Of a DNA stretch of 64,000 nucleotides, positions 1-11,581 are shown piece after piece (position 1 is the stretch's first letter; each line of letters opens with the position of its first letter). Below the pieces are notes generated by a model. That model searched no databases, was not told the origin of the DNA, and worked only from the letters and a program-made list of their open reading frames with translations. This DNA comes from Octopus sinensis (taxonomy: Eukaryota), in assembly GCF_006345805.1 (NCBI RefSeq), contig NC_042997.1, positions 117,614,001 to 117,678,000 of the forward strand, written 5' to 3'. The translations under genes and the position numbers were made by a program.

Positions 1-657
1 GCGAAACACCTCCAGTCTTTGGTCCTCACGGCGCAGAACATTGGCAAATTTTTTCTTATCTGCTTCCCCTCTGGCTAGATAGACCTGTCTCCTAGCTTCC
101 CTTTTAGCAGTCTGATACAATTCCCTGCTACCACCATTCTTCCAGTGCTTCCAAGTCTGTCTCTTTTCTCTAATAGCCCTATCTACGACACTGTTCCACC
201 ACCACGTTAACTTGGGACGAGAGGGGACTTTGCACCAGCCACAGATCTGGTCAGTGGCTCTCAGCAGGTTGTCCCTTAGAAACGTCCAGTTGTCCTCTAC
301 TCCATGTGATACTCTATCCCCTTCTACTTCGTCAAAGGCTTCAAGTAACATGTCTCTAAATCTCTGTCCATTCACAGGATCCTTAAGCTTCCAGATCCTT
401 CTTCTCCATGTTGGTCGTCTTCTGGTTGTCCTCCTACTCCTGATCCTAAAGTCACTAACTACCAGTCTATGTTGTGGGGTACATTCTTCGCCCGGGAAGG
501 TTTTGGCATTTATAAGTAGCCATCTCTCCCTTTGCCTGGCAAGGATGTAGTCAATTTGGCTGGTATGTTGGCCCGATCGGTAGGTGACTAGGTGGCTGGT
601 AGGTTTCCTGAAGTTAGTGTTGCAAATCATAAGATTATTTGCATCGCAGAACTCCAG
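1..657 (-). mobile_element. RTE-type LINE ORF2 fragment (end of endonuclease plus linker), 5'-truncated, running off the window edge
   Basis: Reading frame LEFCDANNLMICNTNFRKP...QIDYIL...QHRLVVSDF...WWWN...EDQRLEVFR, with no stop in the segments I translated. Same family as 31528-34490. Confidence 0.85.
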
Positions 658-670
658 AATTATGTATATA

Positions 671-725
671 CAGGGGTTGGACAAAATAATGGAAATACCT
701 AGCATCATAGCATCATAATTTTGAA
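671..725 (+). mobile_element. Tc1-like terminal inverted repeat fragment
   Basis: TA|CAGGGGTTGGACAAAATAATGGAAA resembles a Tc1 terminus. No partner end was found. Confidence 0.35.
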
Positions 726-727
726 AT

Positions 728-1052
728 TCTTTTACTCTTTTATCTATTTCAGTCATTTGACTGTGGCCATGTTGGAGCACCACTTTTAGTTGAGCAAATC
801 AACCCCAGTACTTATTCTTTGTAAGCCTAGTACTTATTCTATCGGTGTCTTTTGCTGAACCACTAAGTTACGGGGACGCAAACACAACACCATCGGTTGT
901 CAAGCAATGTTGGGGGGACAAACACAGACACACAAACACATACACACACATACATGTATATATACGTATATACGACAGGCTTCTTTTCAGCTTCCGTCTA
1001 CCAAATCCACTCACAAGGCTTTGGTCGGCCCAAGGCTATAGTAGGAGGCACT
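728..1052 (-). mobile_element. tRNA-derived SINE family A (3' half and central domain), interrupted by an RTE fragment
   Basis: Matches the reverse complement of the full copy at 39244-39650. Confidence 0.75.
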
Positions 1053-1056
1053 TGCC

Positions 1057-1965
1057 TATAAGAATAGCCTGGGCAAAGTTCAGAGAGCTCCTACCTCTGC
1101 TGGCAACTAAGGGCCTCTCATTCAGGGTGAAAGGTAGACTGTATGATGCATGTGTGTGAACTGCCATGCTACATGGCAGTGAAACATGGGCCATAACTGC
1201 TGAGGACATGCATACGCTTGGAAGAAATGAAGCTAGTATGATCTGCTGGATGTGTAATGTCAGTGTGCATACACAACAGAGTTTAAGGACCTTGAGAGAA
1301 AAGTTGGACATAAGAAGCATCAAATGTGGAGTGCAAGAGAGACAACTGTGCTGGTATGGTCATGTGTTACATATGGATGAGGACAGCTGTGTGAGGAAGT
1401 GCCACACCCTCACAGTGGAAAGAACCTGTGGAAGAGGTAGACCCAGGAAGAAATGGGGTGGGGTGGTGAAGCATGACCTTCAAATGTTGGGCCTTACAGA
1501 GGCAATGACAAGAGACTGAAACTGTTAGAGATATGTTGTGACTGAGAAAACCTGGCAACTAAAGTGAGATCACAGCCATGGGCTGATGCCAGTGTTGCAT
1601 GACTGGCCCATTTAAGAGTACCCTTGAAGCATGGGGTGATATGATATGCTTGTATAGACCTGTTCAGTCAAGTAAAATTGAAATCATAGCCTTGGTTAGT
1701 GCCGCCTGACTGGCATCGACCAAGCTCAGATGGTGCTTTTTATGTGCCACTGGCATGGGAGTCAGTCAGGCAGCACAGGAGCCAGTCAGACAGCACTGGC
1801 ATTGGCTATGCTCGAATGGTACTTTTTACATGGTACTGGCACAGGTGCAAATCAGGTAGCACTGGCATCAGCCATGCCTACAATTTCACTTAACTCAACA
1901 GGTCTTCTCAAGCACAGCATATTGCCTGATGATTCATCGGTACTTTTAAACGGGCCACTGGCATA
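1057..1965 (+). mobile_element. RTE-type LINE 3' ORF2 fragment and 3' UTR pieces (the distal part is inverted)
   Basis: IRIAWAKFRELLPLL...GRLYDACV...MLHGSETW...WYGHVLHM...GRPRK, with frameshifts and stops. Confidence 0.8.
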
Positions 1966-2204
1966 GTTATATTTCACCATCATTTTAATAACATCCACTT
2001 TTCTATGTTTGCATTGATCCAACAGAGGCGGATCTTCTGCAGTCAAAAGTCTTTCCTGTTACCAACACTCACCCATTTCCAAGTAAGAAAATATTTCTTC
2101 TTGATGGAACATGTTTCTCAAAGAAAAATTGAAATGAGTGACTCTGCTTGTAAGATGGTGGCATTCATTTGTAACTATCACATGATGTCAACACAAGAAG
2201 ACAC

Positions 2205-2315
2205 AAACACACACACATATATACACACACACACGCACATACATGCATGCATACATGTATGTATGTATGTATGTATGTATGTATGTATGTATGTATGTAT
2301 GTATGTATGTATGAA

Positions 2316-2360
<45 letters not shown>

Positions 2361-2400
2361 ATGTATATGTATATATATATCATCATCATCATCATCATTT
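2205..2400. repeat. Compound microsatellite (AC)n/(TATG)n/(TA)n/(CAT)n
   Basis: Direct reading. Confidence 0.9.
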
Positions 2401-2612
2401 AGCGTCCGTTTTCCATGCTAGCATGGGTTGGACGGTTTAACTGGGGTCTGTGAAGCCGGAAGGCTTCATCAGGCCCAGTCAGATTTGGCAGTGTTTCTAC
2501 GGCTGGATGCCCTTCCTAACGCCAACCACTCCGCGAGTGTAGTGGGTGTTTTTTACGTGCCACCTGCACAGGTGCCAGACAGAGCTGGCGAACGGCCACG
2601 AACGGATGGTGA
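2383..2612 (-). mobile_element. RTE 3' UTR / RTE-tailed repeat with (GAT)n tail
   Basis: Reverse complement of the 3' end of the LINE at 34330-34490. Further copies at about 6130-6620(-), 7618-7900(-), 8535-8660(-), 9350-9515(-), 12650-12815(+), 14100-14390(-), 20620-21140(+), 27108-27455(-), 28350-28520(-), 52365-52550(-), 52690-53200(+). Confidence 0.8.
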
Positions 2613-2851
2613 AGAAGTTTGAAAACACCACTATATAAGATAAATTTTAATTTTCTTAGAGATTTTACATTTTTCGGTTCTTCTTGAAAAAACGAACTTT
2701 GTCAAAAATATTTTTAAAAGTTAAGTGTAATAAAAAGGTTCATAATTGTTTCTTACTAGTCTCGACAGAGTCCACGTGGTGGTGTTTTGTGGGGGTGAGG
2801 AGCATAATGGCTGTCTTGTGCGTTGACAAGATTCATTGGCTGTAATTATGG

Positions 2852-2890
<39 letters not shown>

Positions 2891-2892
<2 letters not shown>

Positions 2893-3072
2893 AGGGGGTG
2901 CTGAAAAGATCCTGGCTCTAAGGATATCACAAAAAGCCTGGCTGGAGACCCAACCTTCCGGGTTCTTTTAAAGGCTTAGGAAAACTGAAGGACCACAGCA
3001 ATAAGTGTGTGAATCTGAGAGGGGAATATGTTGGATGAAATCATAATTAACTGATCCTTTTCTGAACCACCT
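2891..3072 (+). mobile_element. Mariner-like non-autonomous remnant
   Basis: TA|CAAGGGGGTGCTGAAAAG terminus and a mariner-like 3' segment AAGTGTGTGAATCTGAGAGGGGAATATGTTG. Confidence 0.4.
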
Positions 3073-3307
3073 CAGATGTGTGTATGTATGCATGTGTGTG
3101 CATGTATCCCAACATGGAAGATGGACATTAAATGATGATGACGATGACATATCATCATCATCATCATCATCGTTTAACGGGAACATGAAACTCAGAGTAA
3201 CAGGTTTTGTTGAATTTCTGCTGCTTTTAAATAAAGCATATTACTGTACCCCTGGTATTTGAGTACTCTTTTTTCCACCTTGTTTCACATTTATGTGCTT
3301 ACTCCGG

Positions 3308-3340
<33 letters not shown>

Positions 3341-3831
3341 TATATATTAATATATATATATATATATACACATATATATATATATAATATATATATATAT
3401 ATATCAGTCAGTTGTTCATAAGTGCTGGTTGTATTCCTATCTCCGGTACTAGAGAGGTAATGTGCCTCTGGCCAGCAAGTCTCATGTGTCACCTATGTTG
3501 CTCAGGACATTACAGGGCAAAACCAATGGTAACTCTCTGACAGGCCAAAACCAACAACTATATTAATTACGAGTGTTTGTGAGTGATAGGCTTTATACAG
3601 TTTCTATCTACCAAATTCTCTCATAAAAGATTGACCAGCACCTAAAGTGCTGTACAGTGACACTAAACTGTGCCACAGTGGAGCTAAACCCAAAACCCCA
3701 CAGTTGCAGCCACCAAAAGTAATGACTCAACACCCACCCAGCCCTTACTCATTACCAAATAATTAGAGAAGAAAACAGGACTATCAACAAGATGCCTACT
3801 GAAAGAGAAGGAAAACTATCAAAGTACTTAC

Positions 3832-3926
3832 TGGTAGACAGAATTCTTCAAATGCAGGTTTGACAAGTGATGTATATTGGTTGAGAATATGCTCAAGATC
3901 TCTGCCTCGCAGAACATCTCGATTAA
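3832..3926 (-). CDS. UCK: Uridine-cytidine kinase, coding exon 5 ([32 protein letters not shown])
   Basis: Acceptor tttcttgtttctag|, donor CCA|GTAAGT. 95 nt. Contains the RGRDLE and [11 protein letters not shown] motifs. The expected next exon (TKKYADVIIPRG) was not found in 1-3831, so the gene is incomplete in this window. Confidence 0.96.
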
Positions 3927-4109
3927 CTAGAAACAAGAAAAGAAGAAGACATTGAGACCATCAACATTAATCCATTATCATTCAATTTACTCTGTCGAAT
4001 GTAATGTTTATTTATTCACTTCACTTTGAATTAATAATACATAATCTTGTAACTCTGAGATTTCAACGATGTGTTTCTTTTTTTTTTCTTTTTTATTCTC
4101 TTTTACTTG

Positions 4110-4520
4110 TTTCAGTCATTTGACTGCAGCTATGCTGGAGCACCGCCTTTTAGTCGAGCAAATCGACCCTAGGACTTATTCTTTGGAAGCCTAGTACTTA
4201 TTCTATTGGTGTCTTTTGCCAATCTGCTAAGTTACGGGGATGTAAAGACACCAGCATTGGTCATCAAGCGATGTTGGAGGGACAAACACAGACACACAAA
4301 CATATATACACATACACATACACACACACATATATATATATATATATACATATATACGACGGGCTTCTTTCAGTTTCTGTCTACTAAATCCACTCACAAG
4401 GCTTTGGTCGGCCCGAGGCTATAGTAGAAGACACTTGCCCAAGGTGCCATGCAGTGGGAATGAACCTGGAACCATGTGGTTGGTAAGCAAGCTACTTACC
4501 ACAGAGCCACTCCTGTGCCT
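4110..4520 (-). mobile_element. tRNA-derived SINE family A, near full length
   Basis: Contains the tRNA-like head, central domain, internal microsatellite and 3' domain in reverse orientation. Confidence 0.8.
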
Positions 4521-4682
4521 GCTTGTTTATTTTTAGAATGATATTGTAAGGTAGGCATGATAAGCCAGGTCTGGCTGGTCCAAACCTAAAACAAGAGTAT
4601 CTGGGTCTTACATTTGTAAGGGAGGTTAACTCTTCAATTAGTCATTGTCCTTGTTATCTACACTGAACCATACAAAGAATTA

Positions 4683-5194
4683 CCATAAATCCTCGAGTAT
4701 AATCCGCAATTTTTTCCCAAAATTTAAAGTTACAAAATCCCTAGTGCATACTATATACAAGGTTAAAAATGAAAATTATTTTCTTAGCAATGTCCGAGTC
4801 TCTATTTGCTGTCTGGCTATGTTTATTCAAACATATTTTATAATGTCGGGCACAAAAATACCTTAAGCTAAGCCTGAAAGCAATGAAGTCATAAAAGGAT
4901 CATCCATAACTTGCAGTAAGCAACATTTATTAAATGTTATTACTGTTATTTCTTTATTTTCTGCAAACAAAATGCAAAAAAAAAGCTACACATTTGCATT
5001 GTTATATATACAATAATAATAAAGGACGTTACCGTATATATTTTTACAAACCAAGGACGTTATATAGACCTCTTTGACTCAAGTTGGAGAAGGGGTGCAT
5101 ATTACACACAAGGTTTAGGTTTTTCAGAGTTACAGCCCCCTAAAAATCCCCTGCGTATTATACTCAAGGGCGGACTATACTCGAGGATTTATGG
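4683..5194. mobile_element. pogo/Tc2-like MITE (512 bp) with TA target-site duplication
   Basis: Perfect terminal inverted repeat TA-CCATAAATCCTCGAGTATA (4681-4701) and TATACTCGAGGATTTATGG-TA (5176-5196). Confidence 0.85.
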
Positions 5195-6916
5195 TAAGTA
5201 CTTCTTTGATAACTTCTATTACACGTACATACACACACGTGTATGTATGGATGGTTTTCTGTTGGTTTCATCAATGGGTATTCAGTTACTCAATCAATTG
5301 AATTACTTATTCATTGAGCCAGCATGTAAATGAGTGAGCCCACCAACATGTCTTGTTGTTTAATGAGGAAATTTATGGCATGGAGCTACCAAATATGGAG
5401 GTTCTTTACAAAAACCTAATTACAAACAACAGAAGATGTGGAACATCAGGCATGTGCCATTATTTCAACCCCGTTTTTTGTAAAAAAAATTCATTTTGTC
5501 ATACAGCAGTGGGATTAAAGTAGATTATATTGTATGCGCGAAGGTGCATGGCTTAGCTGATGATTGTAAGATGGTGAGTTCAATTCCTGGTAAGACATGG
5601 TGTCCTTGAGCAAGACACTTTATTTCATGTCTTTCCAGTCCATTCGGCTGGCAAAAATGAGTTGTACCTGTAACTCAAACATCTGGCCTTGTCACATTCT
5701 GTGTCACGCCGAATCTTCCTGAGGATTATGTTAAGAGTATACATGTGTCAGAGGTGTACTCAGCCACTCGTACATTAATTTCACAAGCAGGCTGTTCCAT
5801 TGAATGGATCAATTAGAACCTTCATCAATGTAACCAATGGAGAGCCAGTATGTTGTATGTGGATCAGAAATATAATGTTCTATGAACATGGGATTAAAGC
5901 AAAATATATATGTGAATCAGAAATATTATCTTCTTTTTGGCTTGGTTCTCTTCCTACAGTTGGATGCCCTTCCTAACACCAAAAATTTTACACCCCTAGA
6001 GTAGACAGTTTTAGATATTTGGGGAAATCAATAACAGATCAGGGTTAAAATAAAATCCTAATATCTCTGATGTAATTTTATGAAAAGCACTAGAGTTATT
6101 TTGGGTAGTAAAATTTAGCTTTGAAGCAGAAGTCATCATCATCTGGGAAGCCAGGAGGCTGCACCAGGCTCCAGTCTGATCTGGCAGTGTTTCTACAGTT
6201 GGATGCCCTTCCTAACACCAACCACTCCGTGAGTGTAGTGGGTGCTTTTTACATGCCATCGGCACAGGTGCCAGGGGAGGCTGGCAGCAGCCACGATCAG
6301 TTGGTGCTTTTTACATGCCACCGGCACAGAAGTTAGTCAAGGCGGGACTGGCACTGGCCACATTCAGATGGTGCTTTTTACGTGCTGCCGGCATAGGTAT
6401 CACAACTACAATTTCCATTTGATTTTTATTTTGATGTTGATGTACTTGACTCAATAGGTCTACTCAAGCACAGTAGGTCACCCTACAATCCAAGGTAAGC
6501 ACAGCAGGTTGTTCTGCAATCCAAGGTACTTTGGATGGGCTAGGGCTATGCGAAACTGGTGCAGGAAGCAGTCATGAACTCACATTATTTGTCGGGTCTT
6601 TGCAGTCACAGCATATCTCCAGAGATCTCGGTCTTTCATCAAGTGTTGTGATAAAATATTGTTTTCTAAATGCACAATAATACTTGCATATCAATGACTA
6701 AAGAATGTATAATTGCATTATTTGGAATAGTTTCCAGCCTTGTACAAAATGAAAAGGAAGATTGAAGTCCACCAGAAGAGGAATATTAAATGTTTAGAAT
6801 ATGATGTGACTTCAAGACACATAAATGCATTCTGCTATAATTAAAGAAGAAAGAAAAAACTTGGTCATAGGATAATTGCAGACTATTTTTGATGTATAGA
6901 AAATGGTAGGGTATAC

Positions 6917-7059
6917 CTCGTCTTGCTAACCGAGTGTCTGCATCAGTGTCCACAAACAGTTTCATGTGAAATAGGTCACGGATTTCTTTAAAATAAAATG
7001 TCAAAATTCCTTCTACGAAAATTACATCAGGCTGCTCCAAAAACACTCCATTTTCTTCC
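6917..7059 (-). CDS. UCK: Uridine-cytidine kinase, coding exon 4 ([47 protein letters not shown])
   Basis: Acceptor ttttaccattcag|, donor GAG|GTATAC. 143 nt. Contains the EGIL and [12 protein letters not shown] motifs. Confidence 0.96.
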
Positions 7060-8912
7060 CTGAATGGTAAAATAATAAAATAATAAAATGAATACACATG
7101 AAATAATTGCAAGATATTTAGAGGCTCTGAAATTAAGGTTATGGCAAACGGCCGAAAATAAGCCCTATTCATAATTTATAGTTAGATGATTATTTAACGA
7201 AGAATCAGCAGTGAAATTATTTAATTTGCTAATAGAGAAATATTCCTCCTACACATTTTAGCAACAAAAATACACGAAAAACAGTAAAATATTAATAAGA
7301 AAGATATTTCAAGCTGAAATGTTATGAAATGATATTAGTTCATTGAAAATTGTGTCTTTGTTTTTCAGAACGTTACTTCCTGCTTCATTAAATTTTTGCA
7401 AAGACTGCTTCGAAGGTTTAAGATATTTTCGTCTATGATAAACAGAAAGTACTTCTGCACTGTTACCTCATAATTAGAATCAGGCTGATCAACAATTTAA
7501 GACTTTCCAGACTGTGGGTGGTTATAATAATAGCTACTACACAACGTAGACTATACTGGCAGTAAATCTTGTTATCATTGCAAAAGACATAAAATATATA
7601 ACTGAAAAAAAAGTAATCTTCATCATCATCATTTAACGTCCACTGTCCAAGCTGGAATGGGTTGGGTGGTTTGACCAGGGCTAGTAAGCTGGAAGGCTGC
7701 ACCAGACTCCAGTCTGATTTGGTATGGTTTTCTACAGCTGAATGCCCTTCCTAACGCCAACCAGTCTGAGAGTGTAATGGGTGTTTTTACATGCCACTGG
7801 CACAGATGCCATTTGCATGACACCAGTATCTGCCATGACTGCAATTTTGCTCAGCTTGATGGGTCTTCTTAAGCACAACATAATGCCAAAGGTCTCAGAC
7901 ATTGCCTCTTTGAGGCCCACAACTCAAAAGGAACTCAGCCATTTTGCTTCCGTGAGGCCCAATGCTCAAAAAGAATGGCCCAATGCTTCAAAGGAATGGC
8001 CCAACATTCAAATGGTTATGTTAGAACAAAAAACACAGTGTTATTCACCTCAAGTCTTTATGAGAGACTCACTCAAAGTAACACAATATTCTGTGTCCAG
8101 ACACAAGCACCATATCAAGTTGAAGATCAAGATTATCTTTTGGTTATAATATTGCTTCTGCTATTATTAATTACTTTCTAATAATTACTTTCTAAGTATA
8201 ATTTTAACATGGCATTCACGGCATACAAACTTTTTCTTCAACCTAGTAATAGAAAAATATTTTACACACACACACATGTATATATATATATCATCACTGA
8301 CAACATTTAATATCCACTTTTCAATGTTTGCATGGATTGGACGGAGTTTGTTGAAGTAGATTTTCTATGGTTCGATAAACTTCCCGCTACCAACCTCTTA
8401 CCTGTTTCCAAGCAAGGTAATATTGCAATATTTCTTCAGAGCCAAACATGCTTTTCATGGAAGACTGGAAATGAACAACATCACTCGTATGACAGGGATG
8501 CTCATTTACCAGCATTATGAGAGGACAAGACAAGGCTGGTAAGCTGGAAGGCTGCACCAGACTCCAGTCTGATTTGGCATGGTTTTCTACGGCTGGATGC
8601 CCTTCCTAACGTCAGTCACTCTGAAGGTGTTATGGTGTTTTTACATGCCACTTATGGTGTTTTTACACCCACACAACACACACACATATACATATATACG
8701 ATGGGCTTGTTTCAGTTTCCATTTGCCAAATCTACTCACAAGGCTTTGTTCGGCCTGAAGACCTTTGCCATACAGTGGGACTGAACCCGGAAACATGTGG
8801 TTGCGAAGCAAGCTTCTTAACACACAGCCACGTCTGCACCTATGAATAGTTAAAGCAAAATGCAATTTTAAAATCTGAAAAAAGAGATAAAAAAGAAAAG
8901 GTGTTTACTTAC

Positions 8913-9009
8913 TTTGTACATGAAATATAATTATATTTTGGTATCATGATAGGTTTAGAAGCAGTTAAATCCTTCATTGTCTGCAGCATTCTTTTATAGT
9001 CAAATGCAT
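8913..9009 (-). CDS. UCK: Uridine-cytidine kinase, coding exon 3 (DAFDYKRMLQTMKDLTASKPIMIPKYNYISCT[K])
   Basis: Acceptor gtgtttttcag|, donor AA|GTAAGT. 97 nt, continues the HP|DAFD motif in frame. Confidence 0.95.
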
Positions 9010-9515
9010 CTGAAAAACACAAATAACATATAATTAACATAGCAACTGTGATGTCCATGTGACATTTGAACAACTGATATCTGTTTGTGTTTACCATGAA
9101 ACAAAACTATATCGTCAGACCTTAAAGCAACCATTTTGAAAAGACATGACACAGTTCATAATGTATGCTAAAACAACAAACCTTATATGATGCACTTTTA
9201 ATACAACAATGAAATATTCTCCAAAATAAATAGATACAGCATATCTAACACATCAAATGGGCTTGGTGATGCAAACAGGAAAAATAGAATAATAGAATAC
9301 AAAACATAATGTGTGTATACACATGTGTATATATATATATATATATATATCATCATCATCATCATCATTATCATTGTTTAACGTCTGCTTTCCATGCTAC
9401 CATGAGTTGGATGGTTCGACCAGGGTCTGGGAAGCCAGGAGGCTGCACCAGGCCCAGTCTGATCTGGCAATGTTTCTAAAGCTGGATGCCCTTCCTAACA
9501 CCAACCACTCCATGA

Positions 9516-9549
<34 letters not shown>

Positions 9550-9584
9550 CAAAGTGGAGTTGTGGGGTACTGCACGAGTGGAAT

Positions 9585-10744
9585 TATATACAAAAGAAGG
9601 TTTGAAAATGCAATTTAAAAGATGTTTATTTACTTTACCGGTTTCACTCTTTGGAAAAAGATTGTCAAAAGTAACATGTGGAAGTTTGGTTGCGTTAATT
9701 ATTGGTTGTTGCAAATTGCTACATTACATATATATATACAGTCTTTGGTAACAGGGACATGTTAAGGACATAAAAAAGTTCAACAAGTTCCTTAAAATAT
9801 TGGGCACAAAAGATTACATAAATAATCGTTCTCAAGGACATACTTAAGATAGTTTCCAGAAGGAATTGATATTGGTACTGTATCTGTATATTCAAACATG
9901 CACAGAATATTGGTTGACACAGAGTAATATAATCCATATAAATATACAGTCTTTGGTGATAACAGTATGTTGAGAATATAAAAAAGTTTAACATTGAAAT
10001 AATGGGCAGAAAAGATTAAAACAAATATATTATACATCTCAGGGTAATTTCCAGGAGGAATTATTAAAAAAGTTCAGTATACACATACAGAATATTATGA
10101 GTTCAAAAAGATTTACATTATTATAGTGGTGAAGTTAGAACTAACCTGTCCGTTTTAGGACATTTCTCCTAAAACGGACAGGTTAGTTCTAACTTCACCA
10201 CTATAATAATGTAAATCTTTTTGAACTCATAATATTCTGTATGTGTATACTGAACTTTTTTAATAATTCCTCCTGGAAATTACCCTGAGATGTATAATAT
10301 ATTTGTTTTAATCTTTTCTGCCCATTATTTCAATGTTAAACTTTTTTATATTCTCAACATACTGTTATCACCAAAGACTGTATATTTATATGGATTATAT
10401 TACTCTGTGTCAACCAATATTCTGTGCATGTTTGAATATACAGATACAGTACCAATATCAATTCCTTCTGGAAACTATCTTAAGTATGTCCTTGAGAACG
10501 ATTATTTATGTAATCTTTTGTGCCCAATATTTTAAGGAACTTGTTGAACTTTTTTATGTCCTTAACATGTCCCTGTTACCAAAGACTGTATATATATATA
10601 TGTAATGTAGCAATTTGCAACAACCAATAATTAACGCAACCAAACTTCCACATGTTACTTTTGACAATCTTTTTCCAAAGAGTGAAACCGGTAAAGTAAA
10701 TAAACATCTTTTAAATTGCATTTTCAAACCTTCTTTCGTATATA
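9585..10744. repeat. Near-perfect inverted duplication (palindrome), arms about 576 bp, 6-nt loop CATTTC
   Basis: Position 10160 pairs with 10167. Mirrored ORFs 9792-10037(-) and 10290-10535(+) translate identically. I saw only one substitution (9592) and a one-unit TA length difference. Confidence 0.95.
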
Positions 10745-10764
10745 TATATATATATATATATATA

Positions 10765-11200
10765 AAGTTAATCCAAACAAGAAAACACAGGAAAAAAGAG
10801 AAAAAAACACAGCAACGCAGGACGTGGAACAATTAAAGTATTATTGACGCTCAGGAAAGAAGGGAAGGAGGGTTTAACGTTTCGAGCGGAGCTCTTCGTC
10901 GGAAACAAGGAGAAGGAAAGATTCCAAGGAGGGAAGACAGAGGAGACAATATTTGAGCTGGTGGTGCTTAAGAGATCACATGTTGAAAGAACAGAATTTG
11001 AAGGTAGTTGAAAAATGGTTTTATAATGCAAGAGAGTTCCAAAAAAAGGGAATGCCTGTGTGTGTGTGTGTGTGCAAGATGACAAGTGTGTTTGTGCGTG
11101 CGTGTGTGTGTGTGTGTATTTTTGGTGAATAAAGGTAATGACAAAGCCAGCTGTGGTGATGACTGCTAGCTGTTTGTGTCAAGCTAGGTCAAAGCCAGGT
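10765..11200 (-). mobile_element. Penelope-like element 3'/pLTR remnant with a hammerhead-like motif
   Basis: Same layout as the 3' end of the element at 41073-41300: motif ...GAAGAGC-loop-GCTCGAAACGTT followed by CCTGAGCGTCAATAATAC. Confidence 0.6.
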
Positions 11201-11581
11201 CAAAAAACAAAGGGCTATATGTATCATAGTGTGTGTGTTGTTTGTAGTGTGTGTGTGTGTGTGCATGTGTGTGTTCGTGTGTGTATACGTAGAGTGTGGG
11301 TGTGTGGCGTAACCTAGTACGTGTGTGCTTGTACGTGCGTGTGTGTGTGTAGGGATGTATATGTGGGTTCATTTGTGTGAGAGTGTATGTATGTACGTGT
11401 ATGTGTGTGCGTGTATGTGTGCGTTTGTATGTGTTTGTGTGTGTTTGTACGCGTGTATGTGTGTGTGAGTGTATAGTATATATATATGTAAATGTGTGTG
11501 TGTGTGTGCGTGTGTGTGTACGTGCGTGCGAGTGAATGTATGTATATATACATATATATATATATATACATATATATATAA

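Noticed and set aside
2757-2840. Possible alternative terminal UCK exon (PMNLVNAQDSHYAPHPHKTPPRGLCRD*) after a phase-0 AG
   Set aside because: It does not match the conserved TKKYADVIIPRG exon, the acceptor is weak and there is no clear polyadenylation signal. The partial YA...PRG resemblance is probably chance.
3187-3205. GAAAC-TCAGA-GTA, the right half of a hammerhead
   Set aside because: No CUGANGA core or stem II upstream, so at most a truncated pLTR relic.
7380-7600. Unique AT-rich stretch in intron 3 with a GAG|GTAACA donor-like site on the minus strand
   Set aside because: No convincing acceptor or UCK-like coding potential, so it is not supportable as an alternative exon.
9719-10605. 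Pairs of identical ORFs on opposite strands suggesting a duplicated small gene
   Set aside because: They are a consequence of the palindrome. There is no recognisable domain or splice support.
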